Source of the DNA: Thermoanaerobaculia bacterium
GTDB taxonomy: Bacteria; Acidobacteriota; Thermoanaerobaculia; Gp7-AA8
Direction: 5' to 3'
NCBI GenBank assembly: GCA_017883235.1
Contig: JADGNY010000012.1
Location: 6,091 to 70,090, forward strand
Length of the DNA: 64,000 nucleotides
Below, piece after piece: positions 36,210-46,211 of this stretch. The position numbers were made by a program, and so were the translations under genes. Every line of letters begins with the position of its first letter. The stretch's first letter is position 1. A model generated the notes under the pieces. That model was not told the DNA's origin, did not search any database, and saw only the letters and a program-made list of their open reading frames with translations.

Positions 36210-37820
36210 TCAAGGCGCCCTGACCGCGCGGCGCCGCGGAGAAGCGCCGCACCAGCCTTCGAGCATTGATCGAGCGTTATCGTATTCGGACACGTCGTTC
36301 CGCAGACGATAACTCCACAAAAGCAGACCTTGATAGCCGCCGGCGGCTGCGCCCAGCAAATAATCGAGGGTCGAGTAGCGGCTGTTCGCCGTCGGAACCT
36401 CGCCTGCGATTGCAGGTTTATCGAGCGCGAGCTGTGAATACGGCAGCCAGGGAAAAGGTTCCTCGGAAGAGAAGTGTTCGTACCAGTGAAATTGATATAG
36501 ATCCAGCCCCAACCCGCGCCAATTTTGCACCCACATTCTGCGCGCGCTGCCGACGGTAACCTTTTGTCTCGCGCACGAATGGATCGTTTGGGCACAGAGC
36601 CGGACGAACTCCTGCATCTCCGCCAACGCGACCGGGTCCGTAGTCTGAAAACCCGTTGGAACTTCCTTCGTCGCCCACTCAGGCTCGTTGATCACCTCCC
36701 AAGCCATGATCTGTGAGTTGTCACAGTACTTCTCTACAAACGGCTTGAGCGCGTTGTCCAAGAACGCCTGCCTCCGATCCGAGCTTCGAACGATGCTCGA
36801 TCGTCCACCAAGTTGAACGCCATTCTCAAACGTCGCCAGATTGAACCAGCTAAAGTCGAGCAAGACGGGAATCACCATGAGATTGCTCTGTTTGGCGGCA
36901 CCCAACAAAGCATCGAAATCCGGAAAGAAGTACTCATCGAGGCCCGTTACCTGGTCATCGAAAGCAAACTCGGGTGCGGCTCGTCCGTCCGCAAACACAA
37001 AGACTCTGACTGCATTCGCCGGGCACTTCCCCAGCGCCTGCCGCAAAGCTATGAAGTCGTTTTCGACTTCCAGCCTTTCGAAATCGAATCCGATGGCCGG
37101 AGCTGTGTTCAGCACGTAATCATCAAGAAAGATCTCTCCAGCAAACGTCGCGTTCGACCGATCGTTTATGGATATCTTGAGACCGACAGCGACGACTTTG
37201 GTTTGATCATACTGAGGATCGACATAACCTGTCGGACCCGACGCATCGGCGGTGAACTGCACCCACCTTCCCTCTTGATCGGGCCGGATGTTCTGATACG
37301 GAGTGTACAGCGAGTAGAAGCCCTCGCTTTTGAAGAAGAATTGCACGCCATTGGGCGCGCTCGGGTTGCCGGAACTTCCGCTGGGGAGGAACAGCCAGCA
37401 ACTCACCCTGGCGTTCGTGAGATTGACCGGGACTGAGACTCCAGGCGGGGTGTGGCTCCTGAGATCGATATACACCTCTCCCTTGGCTTTGTTGGGATGC
37501 TGACCGATCAGATCCGCCGTAAGGCTTAGCGATCCCGTTCCCGAGTGGGCTTTTGACTTGGAGAATCGCGTGTCGGTGATTCCCTGACTGTCAACGTAAG
37601 TCTGGTAGCTCCAACCCCCTGTGATGAGACCATCGTGTCCCCACAGGTTTTTACCGAAGTCATGACCATACGTGATCCAGGGATAGTTAACTCCTACGAT
37701 GAAGGGTCCCGTCGACTCCGCCCTCAAGGATGGGCCGCAAGGTAGTGCGAGTAGCAGGCTCGCGATGAGGCTCGCGATGAGCCGAGCCGGCCTGAAGGTC
37801 TTTCCTGCGATCCGTGACAT
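36210..37820 (-). CDS. Secreted clan GH-A glycoside hydrolase (GH5-like) with an inserted beta-rich module
   Basis: Signal peptide, GVNYPW, WEVINEPEW (acid/base), YQFHWY, IAGEVP (nucleophile). Confidence 0.75.
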   Translation of the reverse strand: MSRIAGKTFRPARLIASLIASLLLALPCGPSLRAESTGPFIVGVNYPWITYGHDFGKNLWGHDGLITGGWSYQTYVDSQGITDTRFSKSKAHSGTGSLSLTADLIGQHPNKAKGEVYIDLRSHTPPGVSVPVNLTNARVSCWLFLPSGSSGNPSAPNGVQFFFKSEGFYSLYTPYQNIRPDQEGRWVQFTADASGPTGYVDPQYDQTKVVAVGLKISINDRSNATFAGEIFLDDYVLNTAPAIGFDFERLEVENDFIALRQALGKCPANAVRVFVFADGRAAPEFAFDDQVTGLDEYFFPDFDALLGAAKQSNLMVIPVLLDFSWFNLATFENGVQLGGRSSIVRSSDRRQAFLDNALKPFVEKYCDNSQIMAWEVINEPEWATKEVPTGFQTTDPVALAEMQEFVRLCAQTIHSCARQKVTVGSARRMWVQNWRGLGLDLYQFHWYEHFSSEEPFPWLPYSQLALDKPAIAGEVPTANSRYSTLDYLLGAAAGGYQGLLLWSYRLRNDVSEYDNARSMLEGWCGASPRRRAVRAP

Positions 37821-37932
37821 CGCTGCTCCTTTAGGGACGGAAAGACATTATAACACAAACGTAGGGGCGGCGCGCGTCGAGCCGCCGCCACGCGAGGAAC
37901 GGAGCGGGTACTGGAAACACCGGAAGCTCCGG

Positions 37933-39126
37933 TCAGGGACGAGCTTGTGCCGACCGGGTCCGGCCATGTGCCCATTCTGAAAACGCGCGGAGGAGAGCGC
38001 TCGCAATGAGGGTGCCGGTTGGCGGGTCAGGGAGTCTTCGCATCATCACGTTTCCTCCGTCTTCCGTCCAGAAGACGGTGATGTCGCGAGAGTCTTCGTC
38101 GGGAGCGTGACCGAGAGAGATCGCCGGACCATAACCAGCGACATGGTTTGCGACCGTCACGGCCGGCAGGACAAGGCGGCTATCGAATTCGGCAATCTGA
38201 ACCTCCCCGTCCCTGGAATGGATCCAGCTGGCGACGAATCGATCTCCGTTGGCGATCAACCTGAGGCCAGGGGATGGGACAGCCACGGGCTCGGTCGTGA
38301 GGGGCCGGGTGGTTGGGTGGTCGGGTTGCGCTGGATCCACCATGATCGCCAGGACGGCACTCTGATTGAACGGAGTAGCCACGATGGCGAGCTGCTTATT
38401 CGTACCGATCGCCGCGGCAACGGACGCCCAGCCACTGGCATGGAAGGCCAGGCGCGGTGTTGTAATCTCGCCATTTCGTATGACGCGCAGGACGATCGAA
38501 GAGTGGACCGTATCCGAGGAACCAGTCTCGATGGTGATCAGGGCGACGGCGTCTGGTCCCAGGCGAACAGCCTGACCGCGCTCCGCGCCCCCGAGAGTGG
38601 ACCCTCGATCGAACCGGCCGAGCGTTTCCTGAATCCCGGACGGCGTCACCACCCTGGCGACCATGGTGCGCTCATCTTTCTCCATCGACAGCAGTACACC
38701 GCCCGGGTCGTCCTGCTCGAACGGCAACCATTCGGTCGGATAGAGCGCGGGATCGTTTGTGACCACGAATGAAGGTGAGCCGGGAGCATCAGAGCTGACG
38801 AATTGAACGCCGTTGCCGCTGCAGCGGCTGTACCGCCATCGAGCGCCCCGCACGATCAGCGCTTCTCCTACGCAGGCGGTATCTTGCGTCGGAAGGACCA
38901 GCGGATGCTCGTTCCCATCTGCATCGATGCGAACGAGCACCCGCGGTTGCCAACTGTCAGGCTTCCCGCTGACGAGGATGAGCTCATTCTCCCCGACCAT
39001 GCCGGCGTGACGGACCTGATCATGTCTCGCCACACGCACCGCATTCATCTTCTGAGGATGCCAGTCCGCGCAACTCGCGAGCTCCGCCAGCAGGCCGAGT
39101 ACGAAGAGCCAGACTCTATTTTTCAG
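37933..39126 (-). CDS. Hypothetical beta-rich lipoprotein, probable CTG start
   Basis: GGAGG 6 nt before CTG at 39126 gives KNRVWLFVLGLLAELASC (lipobox) in frame with the 371-aa ORF. Confidence 0.55.
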   Translation of the reverse strand: MKNRVWLFVLGLLAELASCADWHPQKMNAVRVARHDQVRHAGMVGENELILVSGKPDSWQPRVLVRIDADGNEHPLVLPTQDTACVGEALIVRGARWRYSRCSGNGVQFVSSDAPGSPSFVVTNDPALYPTEWLPFEQDDPGGVLLSMEKDERTMVARVVTPSGIQETLGRFDRGSTLGGAERGQAVRLGPDAVALITIETGSSDTVHSSIVLRVIRNGEITTPRLAFHASGWASVAAAIGTNKQLAIVATPFNQSAVLAIMVDPAQPDHPTTRPLTTEPVAVPSPGLRLIANGDRFVASWIHSRDGEVQIAEFDSRLVLPAVTVANHVAGYGPAISLGHAPDEDSRDITVFWTEDGGNVMMRRLPDPPTGTLIASALLRAFSEWAHGRTRSAQARP

Positions 39127-39337
39127 CCAACGCCTCCGATGGGGTGACGTAGGCTGCCGCCGGACCTTTCATTTGACGCCTCGACGACGATCTTTGAGTG
39201 AACTACGTCGGTACCCAACGGAAGCGAGAGCTGCCGCGATGAACAGGAACTTTGGCGAGGACATATAGACGACAGTAGGTGGGGAAGACGGTCCTGTCAA
39301 CTTCGACCTAACTCCATAAAAGCTGACGCCGCCGCCG

Positions 39338-41395
39338 CTACGCAAGCGGCTGCGCGGTCACCGGAAACATCTGCTGCACCGCGTCGCTCTGCGCGGCGTC
39401 GAGTGGCAGCTCCACCGTGAATCGGGCGCCGTGGCCGGGGCCGTCGCTTTCAACGGTGGCGTTGCCGCCATGCAGTTCGGCCAGGTGGCGGACGATGGCC
39501 AGACCGAGGCCCAGGCCGCCGTGGGCTCGGGCACTGCTGCCGTCCGCCTGCCGGAAGCGCTCGAAGACGTGCGGCAGGAACGCAGGATCGATCCCGGGAC
39601 CGTCATCGCTGACCACGATCCGCGCGGCGTTTTCGCCGCGCCTGAGCTGTGCCGAGATGTGTCCGCCGCGCGGGACGAACTTGATGGCGTTCGAGAGGAG
39701 ATTCCAGACCACTTGCTGCAGGCGGTTGGCGTCGCCCTGGACGGGTGGGGTGAAATCGAGAGCCACGTCGATGGCAATCTGCTTCGCCGTCGCCGCCGGG
39801 CGCAGGGTCTCGATGGCGTTCCTGATCACGGCCCCGAGATCGACCGGTCCGATCTCCAGCCGGAACTTGCCGCTGATGATGCTGGAAACGTCGAGGATGT
39901 CTTCGATCAGCCGCGCCTGCGCCTTGGTCGACCGATCGATCGAATCCAATGCCAGTTGCATCGTCTCCTCGTCCAGCGAGCCGATGGTGAGCATGCGCAC
40001 CCATCCGAGCGTTGCCGTCATCGGCGTCCGCAGCTCGTGGGATACCGTGGCCAGGAACTCGTCCTTGGCCCGATTGGCCTCGATGGCCGCCGTGTGAAGC
40101 TGCGCGTTCTCGAGGGCCAGCGCCACGCGGCGCGCGAAGAGCTGCGCGAGCTCGAGATCGGCGGTGTCGTAGCGGTTCTTCCGGCGTGAGCTGACCGTGA
40201 TCGCGCCGATCGTTCCACCGCGCGCGATCAGCGGTACGGTCATGTACGACTGCGTCCCGAGGCGGCGAAGGACGTCGCGGTAGGACTCATCGCTTCCCCG
40301 CTTCGCAATCTCCTCCGGCGGAAGCTCATGCACTACCTCCGGCTTGCTGGTCCGGATCGAGGCAGGAGGCCCGTAGGGAAGGTCCGCGCGCGGATCGTAG
40401 GTCTTCAGCAGACGGACGGCATCCTGCATCGAGGGATCGACATGTTTGACCGCCGCCCGCCGGATCGTGGAACCTTCGATGACGTCGATGACGCACAGCT
40501 CGCCCAGGACCGGCAGCGCCGCCTCGGCCGCGGTTTCCAGCGTCGTGCGCGCATCGAGCGACGATGTCACCAGTTCACTGACGCGCGCCAGGAACCGCAG
40601 CGACTCCTCGGCACGCCGGCGCGCGGTCATGTCCAGCGTCACCCCGCGCATTCCGACCGGTTTGCCGCCGGCATCCTTGACCACCATGGCATGCGATTCC
40701 ACCCAGACGGCGCGGCTGTCTTTCGTGAGCCAGCGGAAGGAGTTGGTTCGGAAGCCGCCGGCGGCGAAGTGCTCCTGGGCATGTCTGGCCGCCTCCTCAC
40801 GATCGTCCGGATGGACGATCGTGAGCCAGAAGTTCGGCGTGGCCAGCCACTCCTCCACCGAGTAGCCGAGCATCCGCGTCACGTGCTCGCTCACATAGTC
40901 GATCCGTTGCGAGTCCTTGTCAGGATTGCCGTGCGCTTCCCAGACCACGCCCGGGACGCTGGAGACGATGCCGACCAGGCGGCGGCGCTCCGCCTCGATG
41001 CGATCGGCCATCTCGTGGAGATCCCGGCCTCGTGCGTCGCGCAACCGTGCGGTCTCGGCACGATGGGCGGCGATGATCCAGGACAGAAGGATCATGAAGG
41101 CATCGATGACCGTGAGCTGAACCGTGTTGGTCGACGCGAATCGCCGGGCGTAGGAGGGAAGGTCGAAGAGATACTCCACTGCCGCCGAGGAGAGCGCGAC
41201 CGAGAGAAGTGCGGGACCGAAACCGCCGTAGGTGGCGCTGACGACGATCGCACCGATCAGCAGGAAATAGCGCCCGCCGCCGAGGAACGGCGCCAGCCAG
41301 ATCTGCAGGAAGGTGGCGATCGCGGTCACGGCGAGCGCGATGGCGTAGCGGCGCGCCAGCGAGGCATAAACGGATGGGGGGACGATGCGTTTCAC
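39338..41395 (-). CDS. Sensor histidine kinase (DUF4118-like TM, PAS, GAF, HisKA, HATPase)
   Basis: N-terminal TMs, VHPDDRE PAS, FLATVSHELRTPM, NLLSNAIKF, GGLGLGL. Confidence 0.92.
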   Translation of the reverse strand: MKRIVPPSVYASLARRYAIALAVTAIATFLQIWLAPFLGGGRYFLLIGAIVVSATYGGFGPALLSVALSSAAVEYLFDLPSYARRFASTNTVQLTVIDAFMILLSWIIAAHRAETARLRDARGRDLHEMADRIEAERRRLVGIVSSVPGVVWEAHGNPDKDSQRIDYVSEHVTRMLGYSVEEWLATPNFWLTIVHPDDREEAARHAQEHFAAGGFRTNSFRWLTKDSRAVWVESHAMVVKDAGGKPVGMRGVTLDMTARRRAEESLRFLARVSELVTSSLDARTTLETAAEAALPVLGELCVIDVIEGSTIRRAAVKHVDPSMQDAVRLLKTYDPRADLPYGPPASIRTSKPEVVHELPPEEIAKRGSDESYRDVLRRLGTQSYMTVPLIARGGTIGAITVSSRRKNRYDTADLELAQLFARRVALALENAQLHTAAIEANRAKDEFLATVSHELRTPMTATLGWVRMLTIGSLDEETMQLALDSIDRSTKAQARLIEDILDVSSIISGKFRLEIGPVDLGAVIRNAIETLRPAATAKQIAIDVALDFTPPVQGDANRLQQVVWNLLSNAIKFVPRGGHISAQLRRGENAARIVVSDDGPGIDPAFLPHVFERFRQADGSSARAHGGLGLGLAIVRHLAELHGGNATVESDGPGHGARFTVELPLDAAQSDAVQQMFPVTAQPLA

Positions 41396-41546
41396 GGGTG
41401 TGCTGTCGTCCGCCGCGTGCGGGTCTCGTGCCGAGTCCGGGTCAGGGGCTTTCTTGCGTCCGTTGATAGCACTCGCGACGTGGCGTGTTGCTGAGAACGC
41501 AAAGGACTACGGAAGACGCCAGCGCTCCGCCCGCAATCTGCTTGAA

Positions 41547-41935
41547 GCGATCGTCAAAACGAAGCAAGTGATCGACGAAATGAAGCAAGCGATCGTCGAA
41601 GTGAAGCAAGCGATCGACGAAATGAAGCGCGCCAGGGTCAAAACGAAGCGCGCGAGGGTCAAAACGAAGCACGCGAGGGTCAAAACGAAGCGCGCGAGGG
41701 TGAAAACGAAGCACGCGAGGGTGAAAACGAAGCACGCGAGGGTGAAAACGAAGCACGCGAGGGTGAAAATGAAGCGCGCGAGGGTGAAAACGAAGCACGC
41801 GAGGGTGAAAACGAAGCGCGCGAGGGTGAAAACGAAGCGCGCGAGGGTGAAAACGAAGCGCGCGAGGGTGAAAACGAAGCACGCGAGGGTGAAAACGAAG
41901 CGCGCGAGGGTCGAAATGAAGCTCGCGAGGGCCGA
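41547..41935. repeat. 21-bp tandem array (about 18 units, GAGGGTGAAAACGAAGCRCGC)
   Basis: Directly visible; the first units are a diverged variant (GATCGWCGAARYGAAGCAAGC). Confidence 0.95.
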
Positions 41936-41984
41936 ATGCGTCGTGGGGGGGCAGGCGGACGCGCGACTTCAGCCCCGAAAAGAC

Positions 41985-43157
41985 TCAGAACCGCGGAAGC
42001 AGTTCCACCAGTGCCCTGGCCAGCGATTCGTAGTCTCCGATCGTGTTGTAGAGCTGCGCAGAAACGCGGAGGACGCGCTTCGGCTGGTGCGGCCACGGCA
42101 CGATCGGCACTTCGATCTGGCGCTCGAACAGCAACGCGTCCTGCAGGGGATCGCCGAACAGCGTTGGTACATATGGCGGGCCGTCGGGGAGCGGTATCGC
42201 CGCCATCGACCCGAGCATCTCGTCCGGCGCAGGTTTGCCGATCCCGAGCTGTTCGCACAGCAGGTCGCGCGCACGCAAGGCCAGCTCGTGATTGCGCCGC
42301 ATCACCTCCGGCCATCCACCATCGGCCAGTGAGGCCATGAATCGAAGGGCGGTGGGGACGCAGAGACATGCCGTCGGATCGAACGTGCCCGGCCAGTCGA
42401 ACTCGAGATGGAACCGGCTGCGGTCGGTGCGCGTGGCATTGGCGCCGTGGCTGATCACGACGGGATGGATCCCGCGACGCCGGTTTGCGCGAACATAGAG
42501 GAAGGCGGCTCCTTTCGGAGCGCAGACCCACTTGTGAAGATTGCCGGTGTAGTACGCGGCCCCGAGCTGGTCGAGATGCAGCGGAAACATGCCGGGGGCA
42601 TGGGCCCCGTCGACCAGTGTGTCGATGCCTCGCTTGTTCAGCGCATCGATCAGCCCCGCGATCGGGAAAATCAATCCTGTCTGACTGGTGACGTGATCGA
42701 TGAGAAGGAGGCGGGTGCGTTCGGTGACGCGCTCCATGACCCGGTCGATGACCTCATCGGGCGATTGGATCGGAAACGGCACCTCGACCGGCACGACCTT
42801 CGCGCCCTCGAGGCCGGCGACGTATTCGAGCGCATTGCGTGAGGCGTTGTACTCGTGCGAGGTGACGAGAAGCTCGTCATGTTTGTCGAGATCCAGCGAA
42901 CGGAGCACCGCGTTCACGCCTGTCGTGGCATTCGGAACGAAGGCGATCGACTCCGTGTCCGCTCCCACGAACTCCGCCAGCCCGGTGCGGGCGTCGTCGA
43001 GGAGCGGCTCGAGCTCGCGGACCATGAACCGCACCGGCTCGCGCTCCATTTGCGTGCGAAGCTCGTCCTGTTTCGCCAGCACCACCTTCGGGGCCGCGCC
43101 GAAGGAGCCGTGATTGAGGTAGGTGATGGCGGGGTCGAGGAGCCAGTGCTCTTTCAT
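41985..43157 (-). CDS. Class V PLP aminotransferase (isopenicillin N epimerase/C-S lyase-like)
   Basis: YLNHGSFGA, VDGAHAPG, GNLHKWVCAPKG. Confidence 0.9.
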   Translation of the reverse strand: MKEHWLLDPAITYLNHGSFGAAPKVVLAKQDELRTQMEREPVRFMVRELEPLLDDARTGLAEFVGADTESIAFVPNATTGVNAVLRSLDLDKHDELLVTSHEYNASRNALEYVAGLEGAKVVPVEVPFPIQSPDEVIDRVMERVTERTRLLLIDHVTSQTGLIFPIAGLIDALNKRGIDTLVDGAHAPGMFPLHLDQLGAAYYTGNLHKWVCAPKGAAFLYVRANRRRGIHPVVISHGANATRTDRSRFHLEFDWPGTFDPTACLCVPTALRFMASLADGGWPEVMRRNHELALRARDLLCEQLGIGKPAPDEMLGSMAAIPLPDGPPYVPTLFGDPLQDALLFERQIEVPIVPWPHQPKRVLRVSAQLYNTIGDYESLARALVELLPRF

Positions 43158-44269
43158 TGCGGCAGCGAGCTTATCAGCCGCGTGATTCCTTCCTCGAATA
43201 TGCGCGGCTCCGTGAGCAGCGACACGACCATATGTCCCTCGCTCTCGAAATCGAAAAAGTAGCCCGGATGGATGACGACGCCGTGTTCCTCGATCAGGCG
43301 TAACGCCAGTGCCTCATCCGAATCGATGCGCGGCACGCGGATGACGGCCGACCAGCCTCCCTCGACCGGGAGCACGCGTGCGGCGGGACATTTCTCCACC
43401 ATCGCGCGAAGAGTTGCCAGATTCTGCGAGGTCCGGTCCTGAATGGCTCCGCGGATACGCGGCGCGATGGCGAGCAGCTCCGGCAGCGCCGCCTGTACCG
43501 GCGCGCTCACGGAGAGGAAGTTGTCGGCGATCATCTCCAGTGCCTGGATGGCCTCGTGTTTTCCGGGACCGCTCACCTGCATCCATCCCAGCTTGTAGTG
43601 CGGGAGGCCGGCGGACTTCGATAACCCTCCCAGCGCGAAGCTGAGCACGTCATTGCGAACGAAAGAAGGGGATCGATCGGCGAAGGTGAAGGGATGGAAA
43701 ACCTCGTCGGAGATGACCGGTAAGCCGAAGCGTGCGATCTCCTCCTGTTCCGCCTGAGAGACGTACGAACCTGTGGGGTTGTTGGGGTTGATGACCACCA
43801 CGGCTCGCGTCCGCCCGGTGATCGCTGTCTCGATGCGTGATGGATTGATCTCCCATCGACGATGAAACTCCAACGGGAAGTAGTGCAAGTCGATCAGCTC
43901 CAGGGCGGCCAGATGTTCCAGCAATGGATACGATGGCCGCGCCGTGAGCACCGCGTCGCCCGGATCGCAGAGTAGCTTGAAGAGGAACGAATACGCTTCA
44001 CTCGTCGATGCCGTAATGACGACGTCCGCCGCATCGCAAGCCAGCGCGTGCGCCACAGCCTCCCGCGCGGACGCGAGCCCGAGTGGCTGCGGGTCATACG
44101 GCGCGCGTGCCGCGCGGGCCATGACCTCCGAAATCTCATCGAGCGGATAGGCGATTCCAGCCGTTGTCGGATTCGAGCTCGTCAGATCGAGCAACGTTCC
44201 GCGATACGCCAGCCGCGCTACCGTGAGGCGATTGGTGGTGGCGTTCCAGTGTGCGCGGTTGGAGAACAT
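43154..44269 (-). CDS. Class I/II PLP aminotransferase
   Basis: INPNNPTG, ISDEVF, GGLSKSAGLP. Confidence 0.9.
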   Translation of the reverse strand: MFSNRAHWNATTNRLTVARLAYRGTLLDLTSSNPTTAGIAYPLDEISEVMARAARAPYDPQPLGLASAREAVAHALACDAADVVITASTSEAYSFLFKLLCDPGDAVLTARPSYPLLEHLAALELIDLHYFPLEFHRRWEINPSRIETAITGRTRAVVVINPNNPTGSYVSQAEQEEIARFGLPVISDEVFHPFTFADRSPSFVRNDVLSFALGGLSKSAGLPHYKLGWMQVSGPGKHEAIQALEMIADNFLSVSAPVQAALPELLAIAPRIRGAIQDRTSQNLATLRAMVEKCPAARVLPVEGGWSAVIRVPRIDSDEALALRLIEEHGVVIHPGYFFDFESEGHMVVSLLTEPRIFEEGITRLISSLPQ

Positions 44270-44333
44270 GCGGATGGGGTCTCGCGGTGTCAGGCTATCA
44301 GCAAGGAATGAGATCGGAAGCCTGCCAAGCTCC

Positions 44334-44432
44334 GGCACAGACAAGAGTGTCTGAGCCACATTCGACCCCGCAAGACTCCACCCTTCTGCCAATACCGACA
44401 GCCAATGTGGCACAGACACTCTTGTCTGTACC
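44334..44432. repeat. Inverted pair of REP-like palindromes
   Basis: GGCACAGACAAGAGTGTCTGAGCCACATT and its near reverse complement AATGTGGCACAGACACTCTTGTCTGTACC. Confidence 0.85.
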
Positions 44433-44512
44433 CCGGCCGGAGCCGCCTCCGCTACGGGCTTGCGATCTCGAATCGCTCGAGAGGCCAGCGCAGACAGAGT
44501 GACTGTGCGCGG

Positions 44513-45640
44513 CTACGACCGGCAGCTCGTTCGCGCCTCGGCCATGGCCTTCTCCAGATCGCCGCGCGCGGCGCTGTGCGACTGCGGTACCGCGTCGATT
44601 GCCGCGCGGAAGGTCGTCAGTGCTTCGTTGCACGAGCCTTTCGCCGCGAGCACGCGAGCAAGCGTGTCGAGCACGATGTAGGGATCGGGACCGTTCTGCG
44701 CGACGGCCTTTCGCGCAAACGACTCCGCTTCGTCGTAACGTTTCGATTCGTAAAGAAGCCAGGCCAGGTTGTTGAGGGCATCGCGCGATGTCGCATCGAC
44801 CGTGAGTGCTTTGCGAAACGCCTCCTCAGCCTCGGTGCGGTTACCGAGCTGCATCTCGGCGTTGCCGAGGTTTGTCCAGGCCAGGAGAGAATCAGGATGC
44901 TGGACGAGGATCGCGCGATAGGCGCGCGCGGCATCCGCGTACTTTCCCTCATCTTCGAGCGCCACGGCCGCGCGGAGGGCGGCGGAATCATTGCCGGGAT
45001 GGATCAGGATCGCCGCATGGCCGCCGCCTGCCCACGCTTTTTCGAGACGGTCGAACGACGTCCAACGCCCTTTGCCGTCGCCGAACTGCGTGCGAATCAG
45101 TCCGGAGGCCGTGTCGATGCCGTCGGCCACGATGTAGTGGAAAAAGTCGTAGTGATGTCCGGGCGAATCGACGACTTGCAGCATCAGGATCACCGGCCGT
45201 CCCTGCTGCAACTCCTGTTCGATGATGGCCGGCGTTCCGGTGACGAGTTGCGCGTCGAAGCCTGCCTTGCGCGCCGCCAGCAGCATGTCGATCGTCAGCA
45301 CGCCGCCGCGCGTCTTCGGCAATATCGCATCCCACGATTGCATCGTCGTGGCGTCACCGTAGTGCTGCAGCACGGTGGACAGCGAGCCGGCGCCGCACGA
45401 TTCGATGCCCCAGTGTTGTGCCGGGACGTTCGGGATGACGGTCGCGGTGGGGGAGGCGTGCTGGGTTTTGGGGGTGATGGCGATGCAGGAGGTGAGGAGA
45501 ACAACGAAAAAAAGCAATGTTGAATGTTGAATGACCACGGGAGTCGGGAGTCGGGTGTCGGGTGTCGGAGAGAATACGACATCTCCGACTCCCGACCCCC
45601 GACTCCCGACCCCCGTCGGCAGACATTCAACATTCAACAT
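44513..45640 (-). CDS. C39-like cysteine peptidase plus TPR lipoprotein (PA2778-like)
   Basis: LTSC lipobox, Q...SCGAGSLSTVLQHYG, GRPVI, FHYIVADG, TPRs; AAGGAG RBS before ATG at 45640. Confidence 0.8.
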   Translation of the reverse strand: MLNVECLPTGVGSRGSGVGDVVFSPTPDTRLPTPVVIQHSTLLFFVVLLTSCIAITPKTQHASPTATVIPNVPAQHWGIESCGAGSLSTVLQHYGDATTMQSWDAILPKTRGGVLTIDMLLAARKAGFDAQLVTGTPAIIEQELQQGRPVILMLQVVDSPGHHYDFFHYIVADGIDTASGLIRTQFGDGKGRWTSFDRLEKAWAGGGHAAILIHPGNDSAALRAAVALEDEGKYADAARAYRAILVQHPDSLLAWTNLGNAEMQLGNRTEAEEAFRKALTVDATSRDALNNLAWLLYESKRYDEAESFARKAVAQNGPDPYIVLDTLARVLAAKGSCNEALTTFRAAIDAVPQSHSAARGDLEKAMAEARTSCRS

Positions 45641-45641
45641 T
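45516..45641. repeat. Nested heptamer hairpin element
   Basis: Outer (AATGTTG)n/(CAACATT)n, inner (GGGWGTC)n/(CCGACYC)n. Confidence 0.9.
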
Positions 45642-45655
45642 CGCTTCTCCTTAGG

Positions 45656-45689
45656 AAAAACGCGGGCGAGCCAGACAGCGGCTCGCCCG
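45656..45689 (-). terminator. Intrinsic terminator/attenuator between the PA2779-like and PA2778-like genes
   Basis: GGGCGAGCC...GGCTCGCCC stem with an A-run on the + strand (U-tract on -). Confidence 0.6.
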
Positions 45690-45713
45690 GTTCGTACGGC
45701 GGTCTTCGAGTGA

Positions 45714-46076
45714 CTACCCGAGGGCGATGACGAGGATCAGAGCGGCCAGGGCGCCGATACCGATGTAGATCCATTCCTGGCGCGTCAGGCCGGCGGCCTG
45801 CACCTGGTCGATGTTCTGCGCGAGCTGATGGAGGTCCTGCGGCGAGAGCTGGGCCAGGCGCTGATCGACCTGCTCCTTGGTAAAGCCGCGGTCCGTCAGA
45901 ACTTTGGCGACCTGCTCGTTTGCGGCAACGTCGCGCACGAGAGCCAGATCGGCGGCGCGCTGGTCGATGCTCTGATCGGCCGCTGTCTTCGACGGAACCG
46001 GACCGGCGAACGACGGAAGGGCCGCAAAGGCGAGGACAAGGAAGAAAACAACGAATTGGGACGAACGCTTGGACAC
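45714..46076 (-). CDS. PA2779-like small exported protein with C-terminal TM
   Basis: GGAGG RBS plus GTG, signal peptide, RLAQLSPQDLHQLA...AAG, hydrophobic tail; upstream of the C39 peptidase. Confidence 0.75.
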   Translation of the reverse strand: MSKRSSQFVVFFLVLAFAALPSFAGPVPSKTAADQSIDQRAADLALVRDVAANEQVAKVLTDRGFTKEQVDQRLAQLSPQDLHQLAQNIDQVQAAGLTRQEWIYIGIGALAALILVIALG

Positions 46077-46211
46077 GACAAATACCTCCATGTTGTGTGA
46101 AGTGGTGCTCACCACCTCACCGTTTCAGTTAACTCCGGCGATCATGGCCCCACGGCCAGGCAACCGGCATCCGGGGAGCGGACGGAGCAAGACGGGTGCC
46201 GGGTTTGGACA

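Noticed and set aside
41385-42332. VKTKRAR repeat ORF as a histone-like protein
   Set aside because: Arises from the DNA repeat and runs antisense into a real aminotransferase gene; no independent support, though not strictly excluded
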